A stretch of DNA of 64,000 nt from an uncultured Candidatus Peribacteria bacterium (GCA_964352145.1 CAYGQA010000001.1:152617-216616); one strand, 5' to 3'; shown: positions 36,478-46,802, counted from the first letter of the stretch. The notes: generated from the letters alone by a model not told the origin. Made by a program: numbers and translations.

Positions 36478-36492
36478 TGCAAATGATTTGCA
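36478..36492. promoter_or_regulatory. candidate Zur operator (perfect 7-1-7 palindrome)
   Basis: TGCAAAT-G-ATTTGCA lies 47-61 nt upstream of the znuA start, followed by an AT-rich Fur-box-like sequence (cattatgattatt). Confidence 0.45.
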
Positions 36493-36505
36493 TTATGATT
36501 ATTCC

Positions 36506-37111
36506 TTAGTGAAGCTCCACCTCATAGAAATGAGAGTAGCAGGCTGGAGCACCTCGGCCACCCGATAGGGTGAGTTTTGTCAGCTTAAATTGCAACTGTT
36601 CTGCAGTATCTAAAGCGTCAAAGAAGGCTTGAGCATCTTCTCCGCTTATCTCTCTACTAGCAAAGCCTTGTTCATCGGAGTCATTGGAATACACAATACT
36701 TGAGTCTTCTCGACATCCGATCATGATCTCTGCGAGCGCTCCTTCGTTTGAAGGACGAGCATAAGCGTTTCCACTGTTTTCTTTTAAAAACTCTTCAAAT
36801 TGTTTATTACCCGTTTCTGTGACTTTGAGAAAAATTGCTTCATAATTTGTTTCACAAGGTTCTTCACAAAAAGCTTCTGGGATGGTTTTTTGTATTAATG
36901 ATCCTGCTACATAGAGTTCTCCAAAAAAATTCCCATACTCGTTGAATTCAAAATTCCCCTCAGGGAGTACTACTGCTGATTTATCTTGTATTAATTCCTG
37001 AGTTTCAGTGCCCTTTTCTTTATCAGAAACACTCATATTAGAAGGGGACTCTGAAATAGAGCTACATGCCGTAAGGCTAAACAAAGCGAGAACGATAACA
37101 TATTTTTTCAT
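36506..37111 (-). CDS. hypothetical lipoprotein
   Basis: Signal peptide plus lipobox MKKYVIVLALFSLTAC. No further motif recognised. Confidence 0.6.
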   Translation of the reverse strand: MKKYVIVLALFSLTACSSISESPSNMSVSDKEKGTETQELIQDKSAVVLPEGNFEFNEYGNFFGELYVAGSLIQKTIPEAFCEEPCETNYEAIFLKVTETGNKQFEEFLKENSGNAYARPSNEGALAEIMIGCREDSSIVYSNDSDEQGFASREISGEDAQAFFDALDTAEQLQFKLTKLTLSGGRGAPACYSHFYEVELH

Positions 37112-37165
37112 AATAGAGGTGAGGGATACTTTTTCATCATTAGAGTTTGAAGCAGTTTTTGAAAC

Positions 37166-38341
37166 TTACTTTTTATAGCGAATCAAATAGATCGCCTCAG
37201 CTGCATCATCTGAAACTAAGAGTGACCCGTCAGGCATTACTTCCACATCTACTGGTCTTCCCCAAGCAGATTGTCCTTGCAGCCATCCTTCTGCGAAAGG
37301 CTCATATGAGATAGCTTTTCCATCTTCCAGTCGAACAAGACTTATACGGTAGCCAGTTTTTTCACTGCGATTCCAAGATCCATGTTCAGCGATGAAGATT
37401 TGTTGATCATACTCAGTAGGGAACTGTTCTCCTGTATAAAACCTCATACCGAGTGCAGCGACATGTGGACCGAGGAGTTGTTCTGGTGCTGTAAATTCTT
37501 CGCATTCTCTCCCCCTGGCATAGTTCTCATCGAGGAGATAACCAGCATGACAAACAGGGAATCCGAAATGTTCTCCAAGCTCTGAAACTCGATTTAATTC
37601 GTCAGCAGGTTGATCATCTCCTAACCAGTCTGCACCATTTTCTGTAAACCAGAGCTGATCAGTGTCTGGATGCCAATCAAAACCAACGGTATTGCGAATA
37701 CCAGCAGCTACCATTTCGAAGTCTGTGCCATCAAGATTCATCCTATGAAGAGCAGAGTAAATGGGTGCTGATTCACAGATATTACAAGGAGCTCCTACGG
37801 GGATATAGATCTTGTTCTCTGGTCCTAGGCGGATAAATTTCCAGCCATGGTGTGCGTCTGTTGGAAGGTCATCTTTGATCACTACTGGCCTAGGAGGAGA
37901 CGATAAGTTGTTTTCTATATCGTCAAAGCGAATGATCCTACTGATCTCGGCAACGTAAAGACTGCCATCCTTGATGACGACTCCATTTGGACTATTTAAG
38001 CCTGAAGCGATGGTGAAGAACTGATCAGCCTTACCATCTTGATCCAGATCTTTAAGAGCATAGACTTTACCGGTCTTACGCGTTCCTACGAAGAGAGTTC
38101 CTTCAGGGCTGAGAGCCATAGACCTGGCACCATCTACACCTGATGCGAAGAGAGAGATCTCAAAACCTTCTGGAAGGACTATCTGATCCAGAGGAAGTGA
38201 ATGTACTTGGAGTTTTGCTTCTATTTCTTCTGCTTCGGCATCGTTTTCTATGATGATGGGATAAGCAGGTGCATCTACAAAAGTCGATGGTGTACAGGCA
38301 GAGAGTAAGATACTCACGAAGAGCAGGAGGGATTTTTTCAT
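37166..38341 (-). CDS. PQQ-dependent sugar (glucose/sorbosone) dehydrogenase-like beta-propeller lipoprotein
   Basis: Lipobox ILLSAC. GSDH-family-like stretches PNGVVIKDGSLYVAE, HGSWNRS and GRPVDVEVMPDGSLLVSDD. Confidence 0.65.
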   Translation of the reverse strand: MKKSLLLFVSILLSACTPSTFVDAPAYPIIIENDAEAEEIEAKLQVHSLPLDQIVLPEGFEISLFASGVDGARSMALSPEGTLFVGTRKTGKVYALKDLDQDGKADQFFTIASGLNSPNGVVIKDGSLYVAEISRIIRFDDIENNLSSPPRPVVIKDDLPTDAHHGWKFIRLGPENKIYIPVGAPCNICESAPIYSALHRMNLDGTDFEMVAAGIRNTVGFDWHPDTDQLWFTENGADWLGDDQPADELNRVSELGEHFGFPVCHAGYLLDENYARGRECEEFTAPEQLLGPHVAALGMRFYTGEQFPTEYDQQIFIAEHGSWNRSEKTGYRISLVRLEDGKAISYEPFAEGWLQGQSAWGRPVDVEVMPDGSLLVSDDAAEAIYLIRYKK

Positions 38342-38465
38342 AAAAATTGTTGAGGAGTTGAAATTCCTTAAAAGTCTCTTTTAGCTTACAAGACTGCTTA
38401 GGAGTCCTCAAGTTTTGCCACATAGCTAAGTATTGTCTTGAGATTTGAGAGCTTAGGAATACCAA

Positions 38466-39533
38466 CTAACGCCTTACTAGCGACCCAATCTTCTCCCACA
38501 AACTCATTTTCCCTAGACTCGGTCTTACTGCTCTCTTATACCTTTTAAAAGTATGAGGTACTCCAGCTCTTAGTTTCCGTTGCTTCTCTATCGGCATCAG
38601 CGAGATTTTTTTACACTTTGGCGTGCAAGCGTGATTCATTTGCTCTCCACACTTTTCACATTGGATGAACAGGAGATTACACATTGCATTAGAGCAGTTT
38701 ACATATCTATCACAATCCTCTCCACATTGATCACAATCTGCTAAAACGTCATCTGTGATGGTCTCTGCTATACGATCATCGAAGACAAAATTTTTCCCTA
38801 CAAATCGAGACTTTTGACCTTTCTGAGCCATCTCATGAGCGTAGTTGATGATTCCTCCGTGCAGTTGGTTGACGTCATTAAAACCTTGTTTTTTTAAGTA
38901 GGCTGAAGCTTTTTCACAGCGAATACCGCCAGTACAGTAGAGGAGGACTTTCTGATCTTCTTTGCCTTTCAGCATCTCTTTTACCATTGGGAGCTCTTCT
39001 CGGAAGGTATCGACATCAGGAGTAAGCGCATTTTCGAATTTTCCGATACGGCTCTCATAGTGATTCCTCATATCTACACAGATCGCTCCATTTTCGAGTT
39101 CTTTATTAAATTCCTCTGGATCGAGGTGCTTGCCGACATTGGTTACATCGTAGTCTTCTTCGGTCAGACCATCAGCTACGATTTGTTTTTTGACTTTGAT
39201 GGTCAGTTTCCAAAATGATTCAGCAGGTTCTTCTACAGCTATTTTAAAAGGCATGTTTTTGAATTCTGGATGAGCGAAAAGCTTTGCTACAAATTCATCC
39301 CAATGTGGCTCTGGCACACAGATCTGAGCGTTAATCCCTTCACGCGCGACATAGGTACGACCAAGAACTCCTAGATCTTGCCATTCTTCATACAGCTTGT
39401 CTCTCATCTGTTGAGCGTCTTCGACGATGACATATCGATAAAAAGAGAGCGTTTTTCTGCTAAAGTTTTCTTGAGAGATTTTCTCAAGGGCTTGTTCTTT
39501 ATTTAATCGGTTGAAGAGCAGACTCATAATCAT
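38466..39533 (-). CDS. trhO: rhodanese-domain tRNA uridine(34) hydroxylase TrhO (UPF0176/YceA)
   Basis: LLYCTGGIRCEKASAYLKKQGF..V.QLHGGIINY, plus a Cys-rich C-terminal extension. Confidence 0.8.
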   Translation of the reverse strand: MIMSLLFNRLNKEQALEKISQENFSRKTLSFYRYVIVEDAQQMRDKLYEEWQDLGVLGRTYVAREGINAQICVPEPHWDEFVAKLFAHPEFKNMPFKIAVEEPAESFWKLTIKVKKQIVADGLTEEDYDVTNVGKHLDPEEFNKELENGAICVDMRNHYESRIGKFENALTPDVDTFREELPMVKEMLKGKEDQKVLLYCTGGIRCEKASAYLKKQGFNDVNQLHGGIINYAHEMAQKGQKSRFVGKNFVFDDRIAETITDDVLADCDQCGEDCDRYVNCSNAMCNLLFIQCEKCGEQMNHACTPKCKKISLMPIEKQRKLRAGVPHTFKRYKRAVRPSLGKMSLWEKIGSLVRR

Positions 39534-39642
39534 ATTTCGTTAAAGACAAGCCTATTTTAGGCATTTTTCAGTATTCTGCAAGCGTCTCGTAAGCTTTACA
39601 TATCTTGGTTTTACCATTATAATAGGCTCCTTTTTCATTCTT

Positions 39643-41349
39643 ATGGAAAAACTAGAGAGAACTGCAATGACGGCTAGGGGGCTTGAGTCTTTAGATACAG
39701 CTAAAAACACAGCTGAATCAGCTGTGTTGAATGAACTTTCTGAGCAAGTCCGCGTACAGTCTGAGATCATCTTAGATCAATCAAAAGATGCTTTGATGTT
39801 CTTTTTGAGTATCTTGAGCTCACTTGCCGTACTTTTCAAAGAAAACCCACAGAAACTCCGGCTGCTTATGCCAGTGCTCCTGATGCTATTTTCTCAAGGC
39901 TGTATGTATGCCCCAAAGTATGAGGACTATTATGACGAATCAATACAAGACGTCGAATACCAAGAGCAACACACACGCAAGAATCGAATCGTAAGACTCA
40001 CCGCTAATGCTGATGTAAACGGTGAAGATATTGCTGCTGTTACTACAGAAATCAACCCTTGCCAGAGACAACGGATCATAGAGAATATGGAAACAATGAT
40101 CAAAGACATCTCCAAAGAAGACTTCGAAGAATACTTAAGTCTCTGCGAGAAGGCAAAAAGAGTCTGTGGGATCATGAATCCAGATCGCTACTCTCCTCGA
40201 TTATTGGAAGAAGTCGTGAAGAACTATGAATCTCGAGAACATAATGCTGGACTCAAACAAGTCCTCATACTTACTTCTCGTAAAGACGTCGAAAAGACTT
40301 TCGATATCCAAGCTCTTAGCGTTCAGAGTCATGAAGTGGAAGAGCTCACAAAATACTATAAAGTCATCCTGATAGAGACAGGATCAGAAAGTGAACTACA
40401 GACTCATCTCAATATCTTGCATAGAGATGGCATCCTGGAAAGAGCTCAACTGAGATCAGTGCTTGTGATCTCTCATGGAAATCCTAGCACTACAGAAAAT
40501 GGTATTACGGAGAAAAACATAGGGATGCTCAGAAGACTGAATCAACTTTGGGTTCCTGGTCAAGAATCTTCATTTGTCTTCTTCTCCTGTCGCTCAGCTG
40601 AAGGAGGTCATGACAGGATCAATCTTGCCAATCGAGCATCTATTATGTTTCCTAATACCAAAGTATTTGGATGTACTACTGTCGTAGAATCTGTAAATTA
40701 TGATTTAGATGAACAGGGGAGACTGGTAAAGGGATCACTCGAGATGTCTACGTTCTTTAGTATTGGTAGTGACACTTTCCGACCAGACAGAAAGAAAGCG
40801 GTAAAGAAGACTGCTCAAGCTCTCCAGGAAGAACTCCGAACAAATAAAAAGACTCAATGTCAGAGAAAGTTTGAATTTTTTCATGAAGCGGTTCAACTCG
40901 GTATCATTGACACAGAATCTCTCACAAATATCTGCACGGAAAACCTTGACATGAAGAGTTATTCCATCTTACAGGCTGCAGGATGGATGAAGAGCGAGCT
41001 AAAAAACTATGATAAAAAAGTAGATATACCTCTTGAAATAGCCTGTGCATATGCCTCAGAAGGAGTAAGAGGAAGGTCTGGGATGATGAAACTTTATGAA
41101 AATGAAATAAGCCCAGCAGAATTTTCTTTTCTTAGAGAAGCAGCTAGGTCTTCCCGGCTAAATAGAAACATTATCCACCCAGCTGCCTTGGCGATGTTTA
41201 AAAAAAACAGTGTCAAGCCACAAGATCTGGTCAGATTCATCTATCAAAGAGAAATGGATCCTCTTAAAATCATTAAGCAAGTTCATAGCGATCGATTATT
41301 GGCTCAAGCAAAAAGAAATCAACAATACTCTGTAGTCAGTAGTGATTAG
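39643..41349 (+). CDS. hypothetical membrane-associated protein with possible clan-CD-like His/Cys dyad
   Basis: 568 aa with two N-terminal hydrophobic segments. Two motifs, VLVISHG and SFVFFSC, each have a hydrophobic strand preceding the H-G or C residue. Confidence 0.55.
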   Translation: MEKLERTAMTARGLESLDTAKNTAESAVLNELSEQVRVQSEIILDQSKDALMFFLSILSSLAVLFKENPQKLRLLMPVLLMLFSQGCMYAPKYEDYYDESIQDVEYQEQHTRKNRIVRLTANADVNGEDIAAVTTEINPCQRQRIIENMETMIKDISKEDFEEYLSLCEKAKRVCGIMNPDRYSPRLLEEVVKNYESREHNAGLKQVLILTSRKDVEKTFDIQALSVQSHEVEELTKYYKVILIETGSESELQTHLNILHRDGILERAQLRSVLVISHGNPSTTENGITEKNIGMLRRLNQLWVPGQESSFVFFSCRSAEGGHDRINLANRASIMFPNTKVFGCTTVVESVNYDLDEQGRLVKGSLEMSTFFSIGSDTFRPDRKKAVKKTAQALQEELRTNKKTQCQRKFEFFHEAVQLGIIDTESLTNICTENLDMKSYSILQAAGWMKSELKNYDKKVDIPLEIACAYASEGVRGRSGMMKLYENEISPAEFSFLREAARSSRLNRNIIHPAALAMFKKNSVKPQDLVRFIYQREMDPLKIIKQVHSDRLLAQAKRNQQYSVVSSD

Positions 41350-41383
41350 AAGAATGATATACTGTATTGGCTTCTTTCTTTTT

Positions 41384-41656
41384 ATGAAACATCTCAACAT
41401 CATCATCACTGGCCTTGTCCAAGGCGTCTGCTTCAGAGCTCGTACTTTAGAAAAGGCTAAAGAACTAGGGGTTCGTGGTTTTGTAAGGAATGAAGCCGAT
41501 GGATCAGTTTTAATTGAAGCTGAAGGAGGTGATGATGCTCTACAAGTATTTGTTGATTGGGTGAATGTGGGGCCAGAGAGGGCTGAGGTCGGATCTGTGA
41601 GTGTGGAGGAAGGGGAGTTGGTTTCATACTCAAACTTTGTTATTGATCGTTCATGA
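41384..41656 (+). CDS. acyP: acylphosphatase
   Basis: ITGLVQGVCFRARTLEKAKELGVRGFVRNEADGSVLIEAEG. Start set at ATG 41384, because the track start is a GTG at 41342. Confidence 0.8.
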   Translation: MKHLNIIITGLVQGVCFRARTLEKAKELGVRGFVRNEADGSVLIEAEGGDDALQVFVDWVNVGPERAEVGSVSVEEGELVSYSNFVIDRS

Positions 41657-42210
41657 AGAAACGCTTATTTATAGGTATACCTGTCTCTGAAGATATTGAG
41701 AAGTTTTCTAAGCAAGTAGATGAGAAGAATAGTCATCAGGTCAATGCTCGATGGACTCCACGAAAAAATCTGCATATGACAGTTGTTTTCCTCGGATCTG
41801 TAGAAGAAGATGATATCCCAAAGCTAGCATCAGATCTTCATGATCTTGCAAAATCCCTCAAATCTTTTTCTTTGGAATGGTCACATTGTAGTACTGCTCC
41901 AGCTCGTACAAATCCTCCCACTATGATCTGGTCACAGTATAATTCAAGCCTTGCGTGGGAAAAACTTGTGGATGCTGTGAGAAAGATTGTTGCGCCATAT
42001 ATGCAAAAAGCTGACTTTCGCCAACAACAAATCCCTCATATCACCTTAGCTCGTTTTAGAAGTGCAGCTTTTGTAAAAGATGCAAGATTTGAAGGTCTAA
42101 CACTAGAGAATACGCCTTTTACTATTGAAAAATTTTGTCTTTATAAATCCATACCTTCAGCATCTGGATCTAGATATCATGTTCTCAATTCCTTCGATTT
42201 ACAAGGATGA
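41653..42210 (+). CDS. thpR: RNA 2',3'-cyclic phosphodiesterase (2H family, LigT/ThpR)
   Basis: Two HxT/S motifs: HMTVVFLG and HITLARF. Confidence 0.75.
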   Translation: MKKRLFIGIPVSEDIEKFSKQVDEKNSHQVNARWTPRKNLHMTVVFLGSVEEDDIPKLASDLHDLAKSLKSFSLEWSHCSTAPARTNPPTMIWSQYNSSLAWEKLVDAVRKIVAPYMQKADFRQQQIPHITLARFRSAAFVKDARFEGLTLENTPFTIEKFCLYKSIPSASGSRYHVLNSFDLQG

Positions 42211-43118
42211 ACCAATACAAACAAGAACGAAGAGGGGAATTGATGGTCTTGGGACAAGCATTTGTCTATGGCCTCTTCCCGGTGATCCTCAGTTATTCGG
42301 GTGGGAAGATACCTCCCTTGTTTTTTGCGGGTCTCTCTACACTCATCTCAGGGACGGTTATTTTGATGTATTTGATCTACAGCAAAAAAACTCATGAGCT
42401 TTGGAATATAAAAGCTTGGCCATATATCCTGAAACTCTGCCTGTTTATGGTAATTGGATATTGTTTTATGTATATCGGAGGCAGTCAGACGACCGGTATT
42501 AATATTTCCATATTAGCTCAAGCTGAGATAGTCTTTACCTTTTTCTTCGCTGGACTCTTTTTTGGAGAAAGAATGCCCCGTAAGAAGGCTTTAGCAGGTC
42601 TCTTGGTTATCTTTGGTACGATTATGGTGGTCTACAATGGTGCCTTCAATCTCAACCCTGGCGACCTTATGATACTAGCAGCGACGGCTATTTTCCCTTT
42701 TGGAAACAAGAATGCAAAAAAAGCTATGGACCACGTCTCTCCACAGACCGTTTTAACGATCAGATCATTTATAAGTTCAGCAGCATTTTTGAGTTTGAGT
42801 TTTCTTTTTGAAACAGCACTCACTGATGTACACAATATCATTGTAAGCAATTGGGAGATTATTCTCATCAATGGGATTATCATCTTTTCATTAACCAAAG
42901 TCATGTGGTACGAAGGACTAAAGAGACTAGAGCTCTCCAAAGCGATCACTCTTGGGATGACCTTCACTGCCTTTGGAGTCGCCTATTCTATGCTTCTTCT
43001 GAATGAAGTTCCCTCAATCTACCAACTCATAGGATTCGTCATCGTGATGCTTGGGGTATTCATCATCACGAGGAAGGAAAGGGGAGTGACATCTTTTGAT
43101 GTACTTGAGGAAATCTAA
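42207..43118 (+). CDS. EamA/DMT-family transporter
   Basis: 303 aa with about 10 TM helices arranged as two EamA-like halves. Confidence 0.7.
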   Translation: MNQYKQERRGELMVLGQAFVYGLFPVILSYSGGKIPPLFFAGLSTLISGTVILMYLIYSKKTHELWNIKAWPYILKLCLFMVIGYCFMYIGGSQTTGINISILAQAEIVFTFFFAGLFFGERMPRKKALAGLLVIFGTIMVVYNGAFNLNPGDLMILAATAIFPFGNKNAKKAMDHVSPQTVLTIRSFISSAAFLSLSFLFETALTDVHNIIVSNWEIILINGIIIFSLTKVMWYEGLKRLELSKAITLGMTFTAFGVAYSMLLLNEVPSIYQLIGFVIVMLGVFIITRKERGVTSFDVLEEI

Positions 43119-43236
43119 TTGATAATGACCAATCTGTAGCAATGAGCCATCAATGATCAATGTTTTTTTGATAATTGATGCTTGGGATTTTATTGATAAT
43201 TGTGATTTGATCATTGATCATTACTCCGAAGGAGTA

Positions 43237-43926
43237 CTACCAGCGTACCCAAGACTTCTTCCCAAACAAGGATTTCTCAACCCCCATCTCATAGTAGAGA
43301 GGCTTCGGAATACCAATGTCGAGGATGTAGATTTCTCCAGCCCGTTCACGAGCTTCTTTCGAAGCGAAAACCTCTTTAGGGATCGTAAATGTCAGTGTCG
43401 AATCTGCCTGAACCGTAAGACTTTCTCCTTTGAACTCGATGGACTCCATTCCCGAAGGGAGATCACAGGACATAATCTTAGCGTGTTGAGCATTCATCCA
43501 TTTGATCAGCAACTCATGATCTTTTTTGAGTTCTCCTTTGAAACCAAAACCAAAGAGGCAGTCAACTATGAGACTGGGTTCTGGTTCTTCTATTTGCTCT
43601 GCGCATTCTATACCGAGCTTATGACAAGATTCTAAGTTTTGTTTTACTACGCCCTCATAAGCTTCCTCTGGGAAAGCAAGAAGCACTGAAACCTTTGCTC
43701 CCCAGTTGTGAAGTACGCGAGCACAGACTAAGCCATCTCCTCCATTATTTCCCTTCCCACAGATGATCAAGATCTCCTTCTGAGCTATCGGAGCATACCT
43801 CTCTCTCAAAAAACCCGCCATCCGAGCTCCAGCGACCTCCATCAGCTGAAGAAGGCTAATGCCATACTCCGACTCAGCTTTTTCATCGATTTTTTTAAGA
43901 GTTTTGCCGTTTACGTAGGGGATCAT
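43237..43926 (-). CDS. nnrE: NAD(P)H-hydrate epimerase (YjeF N-terminal domain)
   Basis: Motif ICGKGNNGGDGLVCARVL. Confidence 0.8.
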   Translation of the reverse strand: MIPYVNGKTLKKIDEKAESEYGISLLQLMEVAGARMAGFLRERYAPIAQKEILIICGKGNNGGDGLVCARVLHNWGAKVSVLLAFPEEAYEGVVKQNLESCHKLGIECAEQIEEPEPSLIVDCLFGFGFKGELKKDHELLIKWMNAQHAKIMSCDLPSGMESIEFKGESLTVQADSTLTFTIPKEVFASKEARERAGEIYILDIGIPKPLYYEMGVEKSLFGKKSWVRW

Positions 43927-44059
43927 AACTTAGTAATTACCAATTATCACTTACCAATTTTCAATCAATATTCAAGTTTCAAATCCCAAGAACCGTATGA
44001 ATCTAACAAATCTCACCCTCCTAATACTCTCCATTCTCTTAATACTCTCAATACTCTTA

Positions 44060-44920
44060 CTAGAGTAACACCGGCTGCACATGCCCATCTCCACTCAACT
44101 CATGCTCATCAATGACGTTTTGATTAGCGAGGAGAGCCTTAGGGACCTCTATGTTGATCCCAACCGGACAATGATCACTTCCCATCACATCAGGCAGGAT
44201 AAACCCATCCCTTACTTTATCTTTGATATTGTCTGAGCAATAGAAATAATCAATCCTCCAGCCGACGTTACGGCCTCTAGATCCTGCACGCATACTCCAC
44301 CACGAGTAGTGGTCTGGTTCTTCTGGGTGAAAGATCCTGAAAGTGTCATGAAAACCAGCCCCTTCAAAGCGGTCCATCCAATCTCTTTCCATCGGCAGAA
44401 ACCCAGAGATCTTTATATTATCTTTAGGGCGAGCGAGATCGATCGGATGATGAGCAGTATTCACATCACCACACATGATCACTTTTTTTCCCTTCTTCAC
44501 TTCTTCCATGGCACGCTTCTGGAAGGCTTCGTAGAAGCCCATCTTAAACTCCAGTCTCTCAGGGCTTCCTTTCCCATTAGGGAAGTAAATATTGAAGAGG
44601 ACTATATCTCCGAACTCTGCAATGAGCGTACGTCCTTCTTGGTCGAATTCTTCTACGCCAAGTCCATATGAGATACGGTCTGGCTTCCATTTGGTGAAGA
44701 TTGCAGTACCGCTGTATCCCTTTTTACCTTTCGAAGAGTTCCAATAGGTCGTATATCCATCAGGAAGAAGAAGCTCTTCATCAAGCTGTTCTTTTTCAGC
44801 TTTGGTTTCTTGGAGACAGACGATGTCTGGTTGCTTTGATTGAAGCCATTCTAAAAAACCTTTTCGTTGTGCGGCTCTGACGCCGTTGACATTCCAGGAG
44901 AGGATCTTGATGTTTTGCAT
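44060..44920 (-). CDS. xth: exodeoxyribonuclease III
   Basis: ILSWNVNG, DIVCLQETK, GDVNTAH and SDHCPV. Confidence 0.9.
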   Translation of the reverse strand: MQNIKILSWNVNGVRAAQRKGFLEWLQSKQPDIVCLQETKAEKEQLDEELLLPDGYTTYWNSSKGKKGYSGTAIFTKWKPDRISYGLGVEEFDQEGRTLIAEFGDIVLFNIYFPNGKGSPERLEFKMGFYEAFQKRAMEEVKKGKKVIMCGDVNTAHHPIDLARPKDNIKISGFLPMERDWMDRFEGAGFHDTFRIFHPEEPDHYSWWSMRAGSRGRNVGWRIDYFYCSDNIKDKVRDGFILPDVMGSDHCPVGINIEVPKALLANQNVIDEHELSGDGHVQPVLL

Positions 44921-44981
44921 AATGAAGAAATTTTTATAAAGAGACTATAAGCAATTCCCTTAAATCATGCAAAGAGACTCT

Positions 44982-46115
44982 TCACTGCACTAAAACCTCT
45001 ATTTTCTTTCTCCTTGCTGGCACCTCTAATCTCTCCATGGCTTTTGTTTCTATTAGACGTACTTGTTCTCTACTACAGCCTAAAATTTTCCCTATCTTCA
45101 CTAAACTGATTCTACCTGAAGAATATAAACCATTCCTCATGCATAATACTTCCCTTTGAAGGAATGTGAGTTCATTAAGGACAGCCCTAAACCTTTTCTT
45201 TATTTCTTCTCTTTCTATTTGATCAGGCACTTTTTCTTGCTTGTAGGCTATACAGTCTTTGAGTTTCACCGGTCTTTGATCGACTTCTTGTTCATCATGT
45301 ACTTCTTTCGGTGACTTTGCTTTTTCTTCGAAAGAAAAGAGGTGTGCAGTTGCTATCATGACTCGTATGATTCGCTGTCGAGGCTTGTCAAAATTTCTTG
45401 CGATATCATCAAAACAAGCCCTTTCTCCATTTTCTGCAAAGGACTCAATGTAATCATCATATTGGCGTATTTCTCTGTAATAATTATTATTGATTTTAAG
45501 CATATATTTAGTAACTCCGATGAAATTCATCATTTTTCCTATTATACATCTGTATGCATAAGTAATAAATGATACCTCCAAGTTTCCTTGAAAGCTTACT
45601 ACAGCTTCTATAAGAGCTATATTTCCTTCTTGCACAAGATCCATACGATCCCATTCGTTTCTCTTTCGAAATTTATTTGCAATTGATACAACGAGCCTTG
45701 AATATTGATGTACTACCTTTTCAGTAAGTATATCAATATTTATCCATTGATCGATAATAAATTGACTTAATCCGTTTTCTGGATTTTCTCTCACATACTG
45801 ATCACATAGCCCTCTGAGTTCAGCCTCTTTGAGCTTTGAACCTTCAATAGAAGCTTTTTCATTTTCAGGACCCAGAGCTTGCTCATGGAGATTCGATGTA
45901 TCTCTGTCTTCTGGATTTGTATTTTGATTTTTTTGATGAAGATTAAGTAATCCAAGAAAAAATGGATGAGCATAAACTTTCTTAAAAAGCTCGTCTTTAT
46001 GTGTTTTTCTTTTACATAAAAGCTCTAAAACTTGTTCATTACTCAGACGTTCCTTGACAGGGCCAATACTTTCGAAGTAATCATCTAAGTCATTTTGGTA
46101 GATGTTCTCTTTCAT
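44982..46115 (-). CDS. sigma-70-family RNA polymerase sigma factor with atypical N-terminal ~150 aa
   Basis: Region 2-like DLVQEGNIALIEAV and region 4 HTH SLVKIGKILGCSREQVRLIETKAMERL. Confidence 0.75.
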   Translation of the reverse strand: MKENIYQNDLDDYFESIGPVKERLSNEQVLELLCKRKTHKDELFKKVYAHPFFLGLLNLHQKNQNTNPEDRDTSNLHEQALGPENEKASIEGSKLKEAELRGLCDQYVRENPENGLSQFIIDQWINIDILTEKVVHQYSRLVVSIANKFRKRNEWDRMDLVQEGNIALIEAVVSFQGNLEVSFITYAYRCIIGKMMNFIGVTKYMLKINNNYYREIRQYDDYIESFAENGERACFDDIARNFDKPRQRIIRVMIATAHLFSFEEKAKSPKEVHDEQEVDQRPVKLKDCIAYKQEKVPDQIEREEIKKRFRAVLNELTFLQREVLCMRNGLYSSGRISLVKIGKILGCSREQVRLIETKAMERLEVPARRKKIEVLVQ

Positions 46116-46217
46116 TCGATTATTTACGAAAATTTCTTAAAAAAGTATCATAATGTAATATGTTTTTTATGAATTCGCCACTCTTAAAAGAGAGAAGGTG
46201 CTGTTATTTATAATCAA

Positions 46218-46802
46218 CTAATCAAAGAGAAAGCTCAACCAGTACCAGCTATACGCCAAGTATTCCCGACTAAGTCTTGCTTTCGTGTTCGCTCTGGCAT
46301 CCTCTACGGGAATCATACGTCCTACCTTGATCCCGAGATGAGATGCAGTCATGTTTGCTCTGGCAAGATGAAAGTCATGACTAAGGATATCTACACTGTC
46401 GCATGCTTGTTGGCGAATGAGTGACTTACTGAAGGTCAGATTTTCCAGAGTGCTTGTACTCTTATCTTCGAGGATGAGTTTCTCTTCGGATATACCTGAG
46501 ATGATCAGCTGTTCTTTCATCACTTCAGCTTCTGTTTTTTCTTCATCAAGACTCCCTCCCGTGAGGATGACAGACTGGACTTCATCCTTGATGACTTTCT
46601 GCGCCATAGATAGCCGCTCCCTCATCATCAAACCTGGGATACCTCCAGGCAAACTTCGAGAGCCTAATATGATCAAGCACTCAGAGGGATTCTTGTCTTC
46701 CCATTGAGGATTGTAATGGTTTACCTGATATACACTGTGTCCAAAAATCAGAACAGGACTGATAAGTGTAGCGATAATCAAACTGGTCACGTATTTCTTC
46801 AT
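46218..46802 (-). CDS. DUF218 (YdcF/ElyC/SanA-like) protein
   Basis: N-terminal TM helix, then CLIILGS, VILTGG, EAEVMKEQL and EDKSTSTLENL. Confidence 0.7.
   Translation of the reverse strand: MKKYVTSLIIATLISPVLIFGHSVYQVNHYNPQWEDKNPSECLIILGSRSLPGGIPGLMMRERLSMAQKVIKDEVQSVILTGGSLDEEKTEAEVMKEQLIISGISEEKLILEDKSTSTLENLTFSKSLIRQQACDSVDILSHDFHLARANMTASHLGIKVGRMIPVEDARANTKARLSREYLAYSWYWLSFLFD

Noticed and set aside
38160-38465. 101-aa minus-strand ORF overlapping the 5' end of the dehydrogenase gene.
   Set aside because: It is out of frame and overlaps a gene with a lipoprotein signal and family-like motifs. It has no independent support.
43153-43635. 160-aa plus-strand ORF.
   Set aside because: It starts in cryptic-repeat spacer sequence and runs antisense through nnrE (43237..43926), which has a clear family motif.
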